From: Gammaproteobacteria bacterium | GTDB lineage: Bacteria; Pseudomonadota; Gammaproteobacteria; JAADGQ01 | Length of the DNA stretch: 64,000 bases | Reading direction: 5' to 3' | Assembly: GCA_013152295.1 (NCBI GenBank) | Contig: JAADGQ010000131.1 | Coordinates: 6,219 to 70,218, forward strand | Translations under genes and position numbers: made by a program | In this document: one piece after another, positions 9,784-19,848 of the stretch | Numbering within the stretch: the stretch's first letter is position 1 | How the letters are laid out: each line of letters opens with the position of its first letter | Notes under the pieces: generated by a model | What the model was told of the DNA's origin: nothing | Database searches by the model: none | Seen by the model: the letters and a program-made list of their open reading frames with translations, nothing else

Positions 9784-10971
9784 CTACATTTCATCCATAT
9801 CGCCACCAGATTCCATACCATCTCCGCTCGCGCTGCTTTCAGACGAGGGGGCTGGAGCGAGTAAAGCCTCCTCCTGCGTACGCTTAAAGTTCTCCAGATC
9901 TGCAAGCGCCCGACCAGCCAGTTCGGCGACACGCTCATCTGAGTCCAAAGTCGCCTGCTGCAGCGCACCCGCAATACGACCATCGTGATCGAGTCCATCT
10001 GCTGCTGAGTGCCACAAACTCTGTACCGCTTGGTAGCGTGACTCCACATGCACATCATTGGCGATTTCAAGCCATGCATTGACGCCCGCATCATTGCGCT
10101 GAATGCTCAGCGCCTGCAGCGCAGCGACGCGCTCCTCATCACTTTGTGCAGTCTGTAGCTGCTCAGTCAGTCGTTGCACGACCGCGACTTCTCGCTGTTG
10201 CACAGCAACCTCATACTCCGCCAGCTTTATCTGATATTCAGGGTCGTCGATCGCCTTGTTCTGCGCCGGATTAGCATCATCGGTTGCCGGCTCATTTTGC
10301 ACCGGCGTGGGTGGCCGCAAAACGATCTCATCCTGAGTCGGCCCCTCGTCCATGCGCTGCTTGAATCGCTGCAGATCAGCCAGAGCACGAGCGGCCTCGT
10401 TGGCCACAGCCGCGCTGCTGTCCCGACTGGCCACATCGAGCGCCGTAAGCGCCCGTTGCGGCACACCAATGTCACCGCTGACATCACCGACATAACGCCA
10501 CAGCGCAGCAATCGCCTCGCGTTTCGCATCATCGCCTTCAGCCACATTCAGCGCGGCCAATAATTTATCCAAGCCCCGCGTCGCGGCATCGGCACGCCGG
10601 CCTGCATAGTCAGCCTGTACCTCGGACGCCATCTCTGCGTCATCCGCACCGTCCTCTCCGCCCGATGTATTGCTCTGCAATTGCACGGCATTCAGCCCCT
10701 CACGCGCCTGGCGCAGCAGCTTGTCAGCCACAGGATCACTCTCTGCCACAACACCCCCGCCCGAAGCAACGCCTGATTCAGGTGACACCATCGGCTCGAC
10801 AAAGACCACATCGTCCGTCAACGGAGCAGCGAGTTTCGCGCGCTCATCCAGCGAAGAGATATGACCATTCGATTGAGATGGTGACCACCAAATGGATTGC
10901 CAAACCAAAACAATTCCAAGAAAAACGATAAGACCGCCACCAAAGAGCGCTGCTTTTTTCAAATAGTGCAT
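9784..10971 (-). CDS. hypothetical membrane-anchored HEAT-like repeat protein with acidic C-terminal tail
   Basis: N-terminal TM (LFGGGLIVFLGIVLVWQSIWW), then five or more ~35-aa helical repeats (e.g. AARALADLQRFKQR and AGRALADLENFKRTQ), ending SGDGMESGGDMDEM. Confidence 0.5.
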   Translation of the reverse strand: MHYLKKAALFGGGLIVFLGIVLVWQSIWWSPSQSNGHISSLDERAKLAAPLTDDVVFVEPMVSPESGVASGGGVVAESDPVADKLLRQAREGLNAVQLQSNTSGGEDGADDAEMASEVQADYAGRRADAATRGLDKLLAALNVAEGDDAKREAIAALWRYVGDVSGDIGVPQRALTALDVASRDSSAAVANEAARALADLQRFKQRMDEGPTQDEIVLRPPTPVQNEPATDDANPAQNKAIDDPEYQIKLAEYEVAVQQREVAVVQRLTEQLQTAQSDEERVAALQALSIQRNDAGVNAWLEIANDVHVESRYQAVQSLWHSAADGLDHDGRIAGALQQATLDSDERVAELAGRALADLENFKRTQEEALLAPAPSSESSASGDGMESGGDMDEM

Positions 10972-11011
10972 GACGATTAAACCTTGCTTCGTAAAATTTC
11001 AAGAACCAAAC

Positions 11012-11485
11012 TTATCCTGCCAATGCTGTTTGCAACAACCGAACGCGCAATTTACGCGCGCTATCTTTGGGCAGACTATCTGCCAGCAGAACGACCGAGC
11101 GGCGGCGTTTTTTTGCCTCTTTTTCCGTGACAAAATTGAGCACGACCAGTTTCGGGTGAACGTAGCTGGATATCAGTGTTGCATGGCCGTAGTCTTTGCC
11201 ATTGCCGTCGTGCAATATCCACTCATCCTCATCCCCCCAGACCAACCACTTAACAGCTGACTTTCCACACAGTAGAAAATGTTGGTTGATGTGGTGAATA
11301 AAGCCCACCACCAAAACGCTTGCCAGCAGTAGTTTTATCGCTACGGGTAGCGGTAGGGGGATCAGCAGTGGCAGTGCGCCGCCGTACATCAAGATTAACA
11401 ATCCGCCGAGGTAGCGGGAGCGCTGTGGCTCAAGGTGTAACGGCGTAGCGTATGGCGCTGACGACATCGGCGGCCTCCTGATCAT
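11012..11485 (-). CDS. ygfX: YgfX/CptA-family inner-membrane protein (DUF1434)
   Basis: Two N-terminal TM helices; immediately downstream of and overlapping sdhE, as in the E. coli ygfY-ygfX pair. Confidence 0.6.
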   Translation of the reverse strand: MIRRPPMSSAPYATPLHLEPQRSRYLGGLLILMYGGALPLLIPLPLPVAIKLLLASVLVVGFIHHINQHFLLCGKSAVKWLVWGDEDEWILHDGNGKDYGHATLISSYVHPKLVVLNFVTEKEAKKRRRSVVLLADSLPKDSARKLRVRLLQTALAG

Positions 11486-11672
11486 CGGGCACAGTGCGGC
11501 CCATCAGGTATTCGAGCAGTTGGTTGTCGGCTGTTTTTAGCAACGCGTAGAATGTCTGTTGTTGCGCGTCACTGAGATCATCGTAACCGCTATCGAGAAA
11601 ACCCTGCAGCAGCACATCGAGCTCGCGCATGCCGCGGCGACACTGCCAGCGTAGTCGTGAATGGTTATCCAT
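11430..11672 (-). CDS. sdhE: FAD assembly factor SdhE (YgfY)
   Basis: 80 aa with the conserved RLRWQCRRGMRELD (RGxxE) motif. Confidence 0.85.
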   Translation of the reverse strand: MDNHSRLRWQCRRGMRELDVLLQGFLDSGYDDLSDAQQQTFYALLKTADNQLLEYLMGRTVPDDQEAADVVSAIRYAVTP

Positions 11673-11696
11673 GGTTCGTCTCCTTTGAACAGTTCG

Positions 11697-12179
11697 CTAT
11701 ATCCACACCCAAGCCAGCGCCTGCAGTATGAGACAAGAGAACAGCCCGGCCAGCACATCATCAAGCATGATACCGAGCCCACCGTCGAGTTTGCGATCCG
11801 CCACACCAATAAACCACGGCTTGCAGATATCGAACAGCCGAAACAGCACAAAACCGACGACGATCCACAACCAACCCGGTGGCGCAGCGACCATGGTGAT
11901 CCAGTAACCGACGAACTCATCCCAGACAATGCCGGGGTGGTCGTGTGCACCAAGCAGCTCTGAACTGCGTTGGCAGATCCAGATACCCGCAATCAGCGCG
12001 ACGAAAACAACCGCAATGTAGAGCGCCAACGACAACGGTTGCAACAGCAAAAAAATGGGGATAGCCGCCAGCGTGCCGACGGTGCCAGGTGCCCTAGGCG
12101 CCAGACCACTGCCAAAACCGAACGCTAAAAGGTGCACGGGGTTGCGCAATACAACAGCGGGCGTAATGGGGTTGTTCAT
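11697..12179 (-). CDS. pgpA: phosphatidylglycerophosphatase A
   Basis: LLAFGFGSGLAPRAPGTVGTLAAIP N-terminal signature. Confidence 0.85.
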   Translation of the reverse strand: MNNPITPAVVLRNPVHLLAFGFGSGLAPRAPGTVGTLAAIPIFLLLQPLSLALYIAVVFVALIAGIWICQRSSELLGAHDHPGIVWDEFVGYWITMVAAPPGWLWIVVGFVLFRLFDICKPWFIGVADRKLDGGLGIMLDDVLAGLFSCLILQALAWVWI

Positions 12180-12207
12180 GATACGTGAACAGCTCAGGTT
12201 CGTTTTG

Positions 12208-13194
12208 TCATTGAAAGTGATTGTAACCCGGCTGCTTGATCTCTACCGCCGCGCCATCTGCAGTAACACAGCGCAGCCCGCTGCGCGCTTCAATTGTACC
12301 GATCAGTGTACAGTCACAGTCGAGCGCTGCAAACAGCGGCGGCAGAAGATGCTGCCGGGCTGCGGGAACGGTAAAGCAGAGTTCGTAATCATCGCCTGCC
12401 GTCAGCGCTAACTGATAGCGCTCAACGTCACTGTTGTCTGATTTTTTGCCGATGATTTCAACAAAAGCGCCAGAGCATGGAATTTGATCAACACGCAGTG
12501 TCGCGCCAACCTTGCTGGCTTGAAGCACATGCCCCAAGTCTGCCACCAAACCATCGGAGATATCGATGGCGGCCGTTGCAACAGCGCTCAACGCACGTCC
12601 CGCAGCGATGCGCGGCGTCGGATAGTTGAGACGAGCGAGCAGCGCGTCACCGCTGCTGTTGGCTGGCAGGTGACTATCCAGCAGCAGGCGCAGCGCCAAC
12701 CCAGCATCACCCAATGTGCCGGTCACGTAGATCAGATCGCCAGGTTGCGCGCCGTCACGACGCAGTGCTGCGCCGTGCTCGACCAGACCGTGCAGCTGCA
12801 CCGTGATGGTGAGCGGACCGCGCGTCGTGTCGCCCCCGACCAGCGCCACCCGATAGCGCTCGGCCAACTCAAACAGACCGTTGCTGAACGACTCCAGCCA
12901 GTGCGCATCGCTGTCTGGCACGGTGAGCGCCAGCGTCGCCCACGCCGGCTCCGCCCCCATCGCCGCGATGTCACTCAAGTTCACCGCCATCGCTTTGTAA
13001 CCAATCGCGTGGGCCGGGGTGTCGTGCGGAAAATGGACACCGGCAACCAACGTATCCACACAGACCACGAGCTGCTTGCCATGAGGGACATCGAGCAGCG
13101 CCGCGTCATCACCAATCGCGAGGCTCACGTCGTCACGCTGCGGCCGTGATCGCTTGAAATAGTGCTCAATGATGTTGAATTCGGATTCGGCCAT
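12208..13194 (-). CDS. thiL: thiamine-monophosphate kinase
   Basis: AIGDDAALLD...VCVDTLVAGVHF AIR-synthase-like motifs; conserved thiL-pgpA adjacency. Confidence 0.85.
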   Translation of the reverse strand: MAESEFNIIEHYFKRSRPQRDDVSLAIGDDAALLDVPHGKQLVVCVDTLVAGVHFPHDTPAHAIGYKAMAVNLSDIAAMGAEPAWATLALTVPDSDAHWLESFSNGLFELAERYRVALVGGDTTRGPLTITVQLHGLVEHGAALRRDGAQPGDLIYVTGTLGDAGLALRLLLDSHLPANSSGDALLARLNYPTPRIAAGRALSAVATAAIDISDGLVADLGHVLQASKVGATLRVDQIPCSGAFVEIIGKKSDNSDVERYQLALTAGDDYELCFTVPAARQHLLPPLFAALDCDCTLIGTIEARSGLRCVTADGAAVEIKQPGYNHFQ

Positions 13195-13350
13195 GGGCTC
13201 GGTACAGGCTTGAAAATTGCTCTGATATTGACGTTATCCTAACGTAGCAACAGGGCATCAGACAGTAAGGGCGCACAGCATAGAAGGTGCCCCATTTTTT
13301 GTCTATGCCATGCTTTGCAAAAGCGTTGAGCAGAACTTTCACAGGAGTGA

Positions 13351-16300
13351 ATGCAGATGATTGACAGTACAGCTACTGACTCGGCATCGCCGCTGCGCGC
13401 CGCCATCGACGGCGCACATCACATTGATGAGTCCGCCTGCATTGAGTCACTGCTGGCACGGGCGCACGCCCACCACAAAAAACATGCCGGTGAGCGCCAG
13501 CGCGTCGACCACCTCGCGCGCACGCTGGTGAGTCGTGTGAGAGCACAGTCAGAGAACCATCAAAGTATTGAAGCGTTTTTGCAGGAGTACAACCTCTCCA
13601 GCCAGGAGGGCACCGCGCTGATGTGCCTGGCCGAAGCACTGCTACGCATTCCCGACAGCGCCACCGCAGACCGGCTGATCCGCGACAAGTTGAGCGCTGC
13701 CCAGTGGGGCGAACACCTGGGTCGCAGTCCGTCACTGTTTGTGAATGCCTCCACCTGGGGGCTGATGTTGACCGGCAAGGTCGTACGCCTCGACGACGCA
13801 ACACTGAACGATGCCGGTACCTTTCTCAACCGCACCGTCGCCCGTATCGGAGAGCCACTGGTACGGCTGGCACTCACTCGGGCGATGCGCATTCTCGGCC
13901 AGCAGTTTGTCATGGGTACAACCATCGAGGCAGCGCTGCAACGCGCCCGCAACGAGGCAACACACAGTGGGCGCTGCAGTCGCTATTCGTTCGACATGTT
14001 GGGCGAAGCGGCGCTCACCGAGATGGATGCAGCGCACTATTTTGAGCGTTATGCCACAGCCATCGACACCCTCGCTGCACAGCATACTTGCGCTAAGTCA
14101 CTGTTCGATGCGCCGGGCATCTCGATCAAACTCTCGGCGCTGCACCCCCGTTATGAGTTCGCACAACGACAGCGCGTAATCAACGAGCTGGCGCCCAAAC
14201 TGTTGGCACTGGCGGAGCAGGCCATGGCGGCGGGCATCTCGTTGACCGTGGATGCCGAAGAGTGGCGCCACCTGTCGTTGAGCCTCGATCTGTTTGCAGC
14301 GGTATTCCGCGCGCCCAGACTGCACGGCTGGGAGGGGTTCGGACTGGCCGTGCAGGCCTACCACAAAAACGCGCTGGCACTGATCGACTGGCTGGCCGAA
14401 CTGGCACGTAGCAGAGCACGACGCATTCCACTGCGTCTGGTTAAAGGGGCCTACTGGGACAGCGAGATTAAACAGGCGCAGCTGCAAGGCTTGCCCGGAT
14501 ATCCGGTCTTTACCCGCAAAGCCTCTACCGATCTCTCATACCTGGTTTGCGCGCGGCACATTTTGGCCCAAAGCAGACAGTTTTACGCACAGTTTGCCAC
14601 CCATAATGCTCACACGATGGCCAATATTATGGTGATGGCGGAGCAACACCGCAGCATCGACTTTGAATTTCAGCGTCTGCACGGTATGGGCGAAGAGCTG
14701 TACGGTGCCCTGCATGAAGAGCTGAGCGAAAAGCCGCAAACGTCTGAACTTGATATTCCGTGCCGGGTCTACGCGCCCGTGGGTAACTATAAAACGCTGC
14801 TCCCCTATCTCGTCAGGCGGCTGCTCGAAAACGGCGCCAACACCTCGTTTGTTCATCGCATTACCGACCGTGCAGTCGCCATCGAGCAGATTGTCAGTGA
14901 TCCGCTGACGCTGTTAACGGATGCAAAACAGAAAGTGCACCCGCGCATTCCTCTGCCGCCCAACCTGTTCGGCGCACAACGCATCAACGCCGCAGGACTC
15001 TGCCTCGATCAAGAGAGGGATCTCCAACCGCTACAGGCGGCACTGCACGATGCACTGTCACAGCAGTGGAGTGCGCAGCCCATTGTCGGCGGCCATGATT
15101 GCACCACATCGACAGCAGCAACGTACACCATCCTCGATCCTGCCGATCAGCGTCGCAGCGTGGGCAATGTGCTGACGGCCGACGCAGCGCTCATCGAGCA
15201 GGCACTGTCCCTGGCTGACAGCGCTTCGCCGCAGTGGAATCGACAACCTGCCAGCGAGCGCGCCGCATCGCTGCAGCGTGCCGCCACACTGCTGGAGAGC
15301 CACCGCGCGGCACTGATCGCGCTGTGTATTCGCGAGGGCGGGAAAACCATCCCGGATGCGCTGGCGGAGCTGCGCGAAGCGGTCGACTTCTGCCGCTACT
15401 ATGCCGCCGAAGCGCGCAATAAATTCGCACAACCCATCATCATGCCAGGGCCAACCGGCGAACATAACGAACTGACCCTGCAGGGCCGTGGCATCTTTAT
15501 CTGCATCAGTCCGTGGAATTTTCCGCTGGCGATTTTTGTCGGACAGATTGCCGCAGCGCTGGCCGCTGGTAACGCGGTAATCGCCAAACCCGCCAGCCAG
15601 ACCCCTCTGGTTGCCGCATTGGTGATACGTCTACTGCATCAGGCGGGCATTCCCGGCGACGTGCTCCACTATCTGCCAGGGTCTGGCACGAACGTTGGTA
15701 ACCGCTTGGTACGTGACCCGCGCATCGCAGGCGTCGCATTCACCGGCGCCAGCGACACCGCGCACACGATCAACCGGGTGCTGGCCGAACGAGACGGCCC
15801 CATCATCCCGTTCATCGCCGAAACGGGTGGTCAGAACGCGATGATTGTCGACAGCTCTGCGTTGACCGAGCAGGTGGTGATCGACACGCTGCATTCAGCC
15901 TTCAATAGCGCGGGCCAGCGCTGCTCGGCACTGCGCGTGCTGTTTCTTCAGAAGGATAACGCCGCCGCTATCATCAAAATGCTGCAGGGCGCGATGGCCG
16001 AGCTGCGCATCGGAGACCCGGCAAAACTAGAGACCGACATAGGGCCGATTATCGATGCCAACGCACTGAAAAAATTGAAGGAGCATGTCGCCCGCATGCG
16101 CGAAGTCGGCACCGTAATCTACGGCTCACCGCTACCCGACAGCACCGCCCACGGCCACTTCTTTGCCCCCTGTGCATTCGAGATCGATAATCTGGCACTG
16201 CTAAAGGGCGAAGTATTCGGGCCAATCCTGCACATTATCACCTACCCGGAGCATGAGCTGGATCGGGTCATCGCAGCAATAAACCACACCGGCTACGGCC

Positions 16301-16590
16301 TGACACTGGGTATTCACAGCCGCATTAATGAGCGGGTTGATTACATCCGCAGCCGTGTTCGCGGCGGCAACATCTATGTCAATCGCAACATCATCAGTGC
16401 GGTAGTGGGCGTGCAGCCATTCGGCGGGCAGGGGCTCTCTGGCACCGGACCGAAGGCGGGCGGACCGCACTATCTGCAGCGCTTTGCCAACGAACGCACG
16501 CTAACCGTTAATACCGCCGCAGTGGGTGGCAACGCCGATCTGCTGGCGCTGAATGAGGACAATCCTGTTGAACGAGGGCCAGGCTTTTAG
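13351..16590 (+). CDS. putA: bifunctional proline dehydrogenase / delta-1-pyrroline-5-carboxylate dehydrogenase
   Basis: 1079 aa; N-terminal PRODH barrel and C-terminal aldehyde dehydrogenase (FIAETGGQNAMIVDSSAL, catalytic Cys in GQRCSALR). Confidence 0.95.
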   Translation: MQMIDSTATDSASPLRAAIDGAHHIDESACIESLLARAHAHHKKHAGERQRVDHLARTLVSRVRAQSENHQSIEAFLQEYNLSSQEGTALMCLAEALLRIPDSATADRLIRDKLSAAQWGEHLGRSPSLFVNASTWGLMLTGKVVRLDDATLNDAGTFLNRTVARIGEPLVRLALTRAMRILGQQFVMGTTIEAALQRARNEATHSGRCSRYSFDMLGEAALTEMDAAHYFERYATAIDTLAAQHTCAKSLFDAPGISIKLSALHPRYEFAQRQRVINELAPKLLALAEQAMAAGISLTVDAEEWRHLSLSLDLFAAVFRAPRLHGWEGFGLAVQAYHKNALALIDWLAELARSRARRIPLRLVKGAYWDSEIKQAQLQGLPGYPVFTRKASTDLSYLVCARHILAQSRQFYAQFATHNAHTMANIMVMAEQHRSIDFEFQRLHGMGEELYGALHEELSEKPQTSELDIPCRVYAPVGNYKTLLPYLVRRLLENGANTSFVHRITDRAVAIEQIVSDPLTLLTDAKQKVHPRIPLPPNLFGAQRINAAGLCLDQERDLQPLQAALHDALSQQWSAQPIVGGHDCTTSTAATYTILDPADQRRSVGNVLTADAALIEQALSLADSASPQWNRQPASERAASLQRAATLLESHRAALIALCIREGGKTIPDALAELREAVDFCRYYAAEARNKFAQPIIMPGPTGEHNELTLQGRGIFICISPWNFPLAIFVGQIAAALAAGNAVIAKPASQTPLVAALVIRLLHQAGIPGDVLHYLPGSGTNVGNRLVRDPRIAGVAFTGASDTAHTINRVLAERDGPIIPFIAETGGQNAMIVDSSALTEQVVIDTLHSAFNSAGQRCSALRVLFLQKDNAAAIIKMLQGAMAELRIGDPAKLETDIGPIIDANALKKLKEHVARMREVGTVIYGSPLPDSTAHGHFFAPCAFEIDNLALLKGEVFGPILHIITYPEHELDRVIAAINHTGYGLTLGIHSRINERVDYIRSRVRGGNIYVNRNIISAVVGVQPFGGQGLSGTGPKAGGPHYLQRFANERTLTVNTAAVGGNADLLALNEDNPVERGPGF

Positions 16591-16967
16591 CTTTTTAAGC
16601 CGTGTTTGTTGGGGCTTGAGCAGTAACTTTGAGTATGTTATGCACACTGCATATTGCACCTGAGCAGCGCTACAAACAGTCTGCTCCTCGGCTCAACGAG
16701 CCTTTTGAGGCGGCTGTAACTAATTGATTAAAAAGAGAGTTATTGATCGGTTATTTTTTGATCAATTTAACACAGAGGTAGAACTGACGGGCTTTTCGCG
16801 CGGTTGCCATCAATTCGCCCACAGAGTTATCCACAGGTTTTGTGAATAAGAACCAAAAGCCAATGGCGACATGGAGTTAGCCTCACCAAGGGACGCAGCT
16901 GCATCATCAATGCGCAGCTGCGTTTGCTCTCTGAATACGAAACTCTTTGAGTACGGGATCCCCCGTG

Positions 16968-19826
16968 CTACTTCAAACGTTCGTACAACTGCTGGGCGTT
17001 CTCACTGCTGTCAAAAGCGTCGTGCGGTTGCGCTAACAACGCCTCCAGAGTAGACAGCGCCCGTTCGCGGCTGCCGGATCGAGCGTATGCAGCGGCCAAA
17101 TGGTAACGAATATCGGCAACGCCGGGAGCCCGTTCTGCGGCTTGACTCAGCAACTTCAACGCGCGCATCGGCTCCCCCCGGTTGAGCAAAATCCACCCCA
17201 ACGTGTCGTTGAGTACCGGGTGGTTCGGGCGCAGCGACACTGCTCTCTCCGCCAGCGCCAACGACCTCTCGGGCTCTATCTCTATCAATAGTGACGCCAA
17301 ATCATTGAGCGCATAGATGTTGTTTGGGCTCTGCTTCAGCACATATTCGTAGTGACTGACAGCATCTTCAATCAACCCCGCTTTGCGATAGGCGCTGGCC
17401 AGGGTTAAACGCACCAGTATCTCTTGCGGGTGCATCGTCAGCCACTGGGTCAGCACCCGGCGAGCACTCTTGGTTTGACCCAACTGCTGGCGTGTCTCGA
17501 AAATTTTTATCGCTAGCACCGCGAGCTTATGTCGCTTGGCGGTGGCTTCGTAGATTTTCAGCGCTTTGGCATATTTTTTCTGTGCAGAGTAGATGTCTCC
17601 GCGTAATATGCCGTCTTTGCCACCCAGCTCCTTCTGTCTGGATAGCTTTTTAACGACACGAAATGCCGCCCCGCTATCACCTTGGTCGAGCTCAACACGA
17701 ACCAGCAACTTGGCTGCCGCGATGAAATCCGGCTGCAATTCGAGCGCCTTGGCGAGCTGCCGTTTTGCATCGGCAACGCGCCCCAACTTCAGTTCGGCAT
17801 TGGCCAGGTGGTAGCGTCCACTCGTTGAATTTGGATAGAGCTTGGTGAGCTTTCGAAAGGTTAACAGCGCATCAAGGTAGGTGCCACGCGCCATCTGTGC
17901 GGCCCCCAATGCCAGCAAGGCTTCCGCCTGCTCTGGCGCAGCGGCCACCGCCTCTTGAACCAGCTCCAGCGCTCGGTTGTGCTGACCGCGTGCGGAGTAG
18001 TGACGGGCCAACACAATACGCGATGAGATAGAGTCTGGCGCGGCGCGGCGCGCCCGTTTCAACCAGCTCAGGGCGAGATCTTCGTTGCCCAAACGGTTGG
18101 CGATTTTTGCCAGTTCAAGCATGATTCCAGCATTTTGCGCATCCCAGACAAGCACCGACTCATAACGTGCTTGAGCACTCTTCAAACGTCCGGCACGCTC
18201 GTCCATCCGTGCCAGCTTGACCACGGGCAGTGAATAACGAGGGTTTAGCAATAGTGCTTGCTCGTAGCACTGGCGCGCGCGCTTTTTATCCCCTGCGCGC
18301 TCGTGGAGCGTGGCCAGCAAAACTTGCGCTTCAGCGCTCTGCGGCGCCTCTTTGGCCAAAATTTCAGCCAGGGCGATAGCTTTCTTCATATTGCCCTGAC
18401 GAGCATAGGTCATCGCCAGCAGTGCGCCACTGCGCAACGACGGCTTGTCTCCAGCAAATGACGAACGCAACTCGTCAATGGCGTCTTGCGTATCCCCCTC
18501 GGCCAGATAGGCTTCGGCCAACTTTAAACGAAATAATTCATTGCCGGGGCTCGCCGCAACAGCTTGCTGGTAATAGTTTGTGGCCATTGCGCCATCACCG
18601 TCCAGTATCGCAGCACTGCCCAGCAGTGCCAGCAATTCAGCGTCATCGGGGGCGATTCTCAATGCCGGATTAATAGCACTCATCGCCAGTGCCGGCTGGT
18701 GCTGCTTGAGCCGTGTCGAAGCCAGTAGCTTGTGAGCAGCAATATTGGCAGGCACTCTGGCGAGAAAGCTCGTCAGGTAATCATCGGCCTGCTCATAGAG
18801 CCCCATGGCGTAGCTCACCGCACCCATCAACAGAACAGAGGGGTAGTGTTTGGCATTGATTTTCAGCGCTTGGCCGAGATAATCCCGCGCGGTGCCATAC
18901 TCGCCCTTTTCATAGGCGATGTAACCACGGAAATACTTGATGATCGGCGTCCGTCTCAGACTGTTGCTGAGGCGTGTTATGTGAACTTCAGCCGTCTTCC
19001 AGTCACGCAGTGCCAGCAGAGCCCAGATCAAGCGAATGCGCGCATCGTGAGAGCGTGCGGTAATAACCTTGTCTGGCTGTTGTTTTAACACGCCCTCCAG
19101 CGTGGTGACCGCTGTTACATAGTCAGCCTGAATGAACTCCAATGCGCCCCGCAACAGCAACACATCTTGCTTCAGCCACCGCATCTCGTCAGCTATAGGT
19201 GCGTTCAACGCCCGTTCGATCGCGCTGTGCGCGTCGTCATACGCACTCTGACTTATCAAAAGCACTGCCTGCCCGTAGAGCACCCAAACCGAATCAGCGT
19301 CGTAATGTGCTGCGCTACGCATCGCACTCTGCGCACCGTCTGTGTCACCCAGTGCCAGCAGCGCCCGCCCTCTGAGCGATAACAGAGTCGCTCTGACAGT
19401 CGCGGGCAAGGCATCATCTACCGCAACGTTATCGAGCAGCTCTTGATACTTGTTTTCTTGAATATAGGCCTGTGCGAGATAGAGGCTGAATAGGGGGCCT
19501 ACTGCGCCAGCACCCCGCGCGCGCAGCAACTCTTTCTCGCCATTAATACCGTCTCCGGTGGCAACATAGATCTGTCCAAGCATCATACGTGCCGCCATAT
19601 CATCCGGTTTTTTTTGCAGCGCCCCTTTTAGCTCGATGATGGCAGAAGAGAGATCCCCCCTGCTTTTGTGCTCGACCGCCTGATTGAAATGGTCAACACT
19701 ATCAACATCGCTCTTTTCGCAGCCAGGCAGAAAAATCACCAGCAATAGCAAAACACTACAAAGATATCCGCGTCCCTTCACTTTCACATAACTCTCGAAA
19801 TAACTCTCTGCTGTTCTGTTCGGCAA
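16968..19826 (-). CDS. prsT: PEP-CTERM system TPR-repeat lipoprotein
   Basis: 952 aa, lipobox (LLLVIFLPGC), ~20 TPR repeats; sits next to the exosortase gene. Confidence 0.8.
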   Translation of the reverse strand: MPNRTAESYFESYVKVKGRGYLCSVLLLLVIFLPGCEKSDVDSVDHFNQAVEHKSRGDLSSAIIELKGALQKKPDDMAARMMLGQIYVATGDGINGEKELLRARGAGAVGPLFSLYLAQAYIQENKYQELLDNVAVDDALPATVRATLLSLRGRALLALGDTDGAQSAMRSAAHYDADSVWVLYGQAVLLISQSAYDDAHSAIERALNAPIADEMRWLKQDVLLLRGALEFIQADYVTAVTTLEGVLKQQPDKVITARSHDARIRLIWALLALRDWKTAEVHITRLSNSLRRTPIIKYFRGYIAYEKGEYGTARDYLGQALKINAKHYPSVLLMGAVSYAMGLYEQADDYLTSFLARVPANIAAHKLLASTRLKQHQPALAMSAINPALRIAPDDAELLALLGSAAILDGDGAMATNYYQQAVAASPGNELFRLKLAEAYLAEGDTQDAIDELRSSFAGDKPSLRSGALLAMTYARQGNMKKAIALAEILAKEAPQSAEAQVLLATLHERAGDKKRARQCYEQALLLNPRYSLPVVKLARMDERAGRLKSAQARYESVLVWDAQNAGIMLELAKIANRLGNEDLALSWLKRARRAAPDSISSRIVLARHYSARGQHNRALELVQEAVAAAPEQAEALLALGAAQMARGTYLDALLTFRKLTKLYPNSTSGRYHLANAELKLGRVADAKRQLAKALELQPDFIAAAKLLVRVELDQGDSGAAFRVVKKLSRQKELGGKDGILRGDIYSAQKKYAKALKIYEATAKRHKLAVLAIKIFETRQQLGQTKSARRVLTQWLTMHPQEILVRLTLASAYRKAGLIEDAVSHYEYVLKQSPNNIYALNDLASLLIEIEPERSLALAERAVSLRPNHPVLNDTLGWILLNRGEPMRALKLLSQAAERAPGVADIRYHLAAAYARSGSRERALSTLEALLAQPHDAFDSSENAQQLYERLK

Positions 19827-19848
19827 CGCGCCGAGGCCCTGTTAACAA

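Noticed and set aside
12484-13149. 221-aa ORF antisense to thiL (and similar long antisense ORFs inside putA, prsT and the xrtA gene)
   Set aside because: They are Arg/Ala/Gly-rich shadow ORFs opposite well-supported genes in high-GC DNA, with no independent signals.
16591-16967. ATTGATC-N11-GATCAAT and GCAGCTGC-containing inverted repeats between the convergent putA and prsT
   Set aside because: Present, but neither has a proper flanking T-tract. They may be weak or bidirectional terminators or Dam-site-containing hairpins; insufficient evidence to call a feature.
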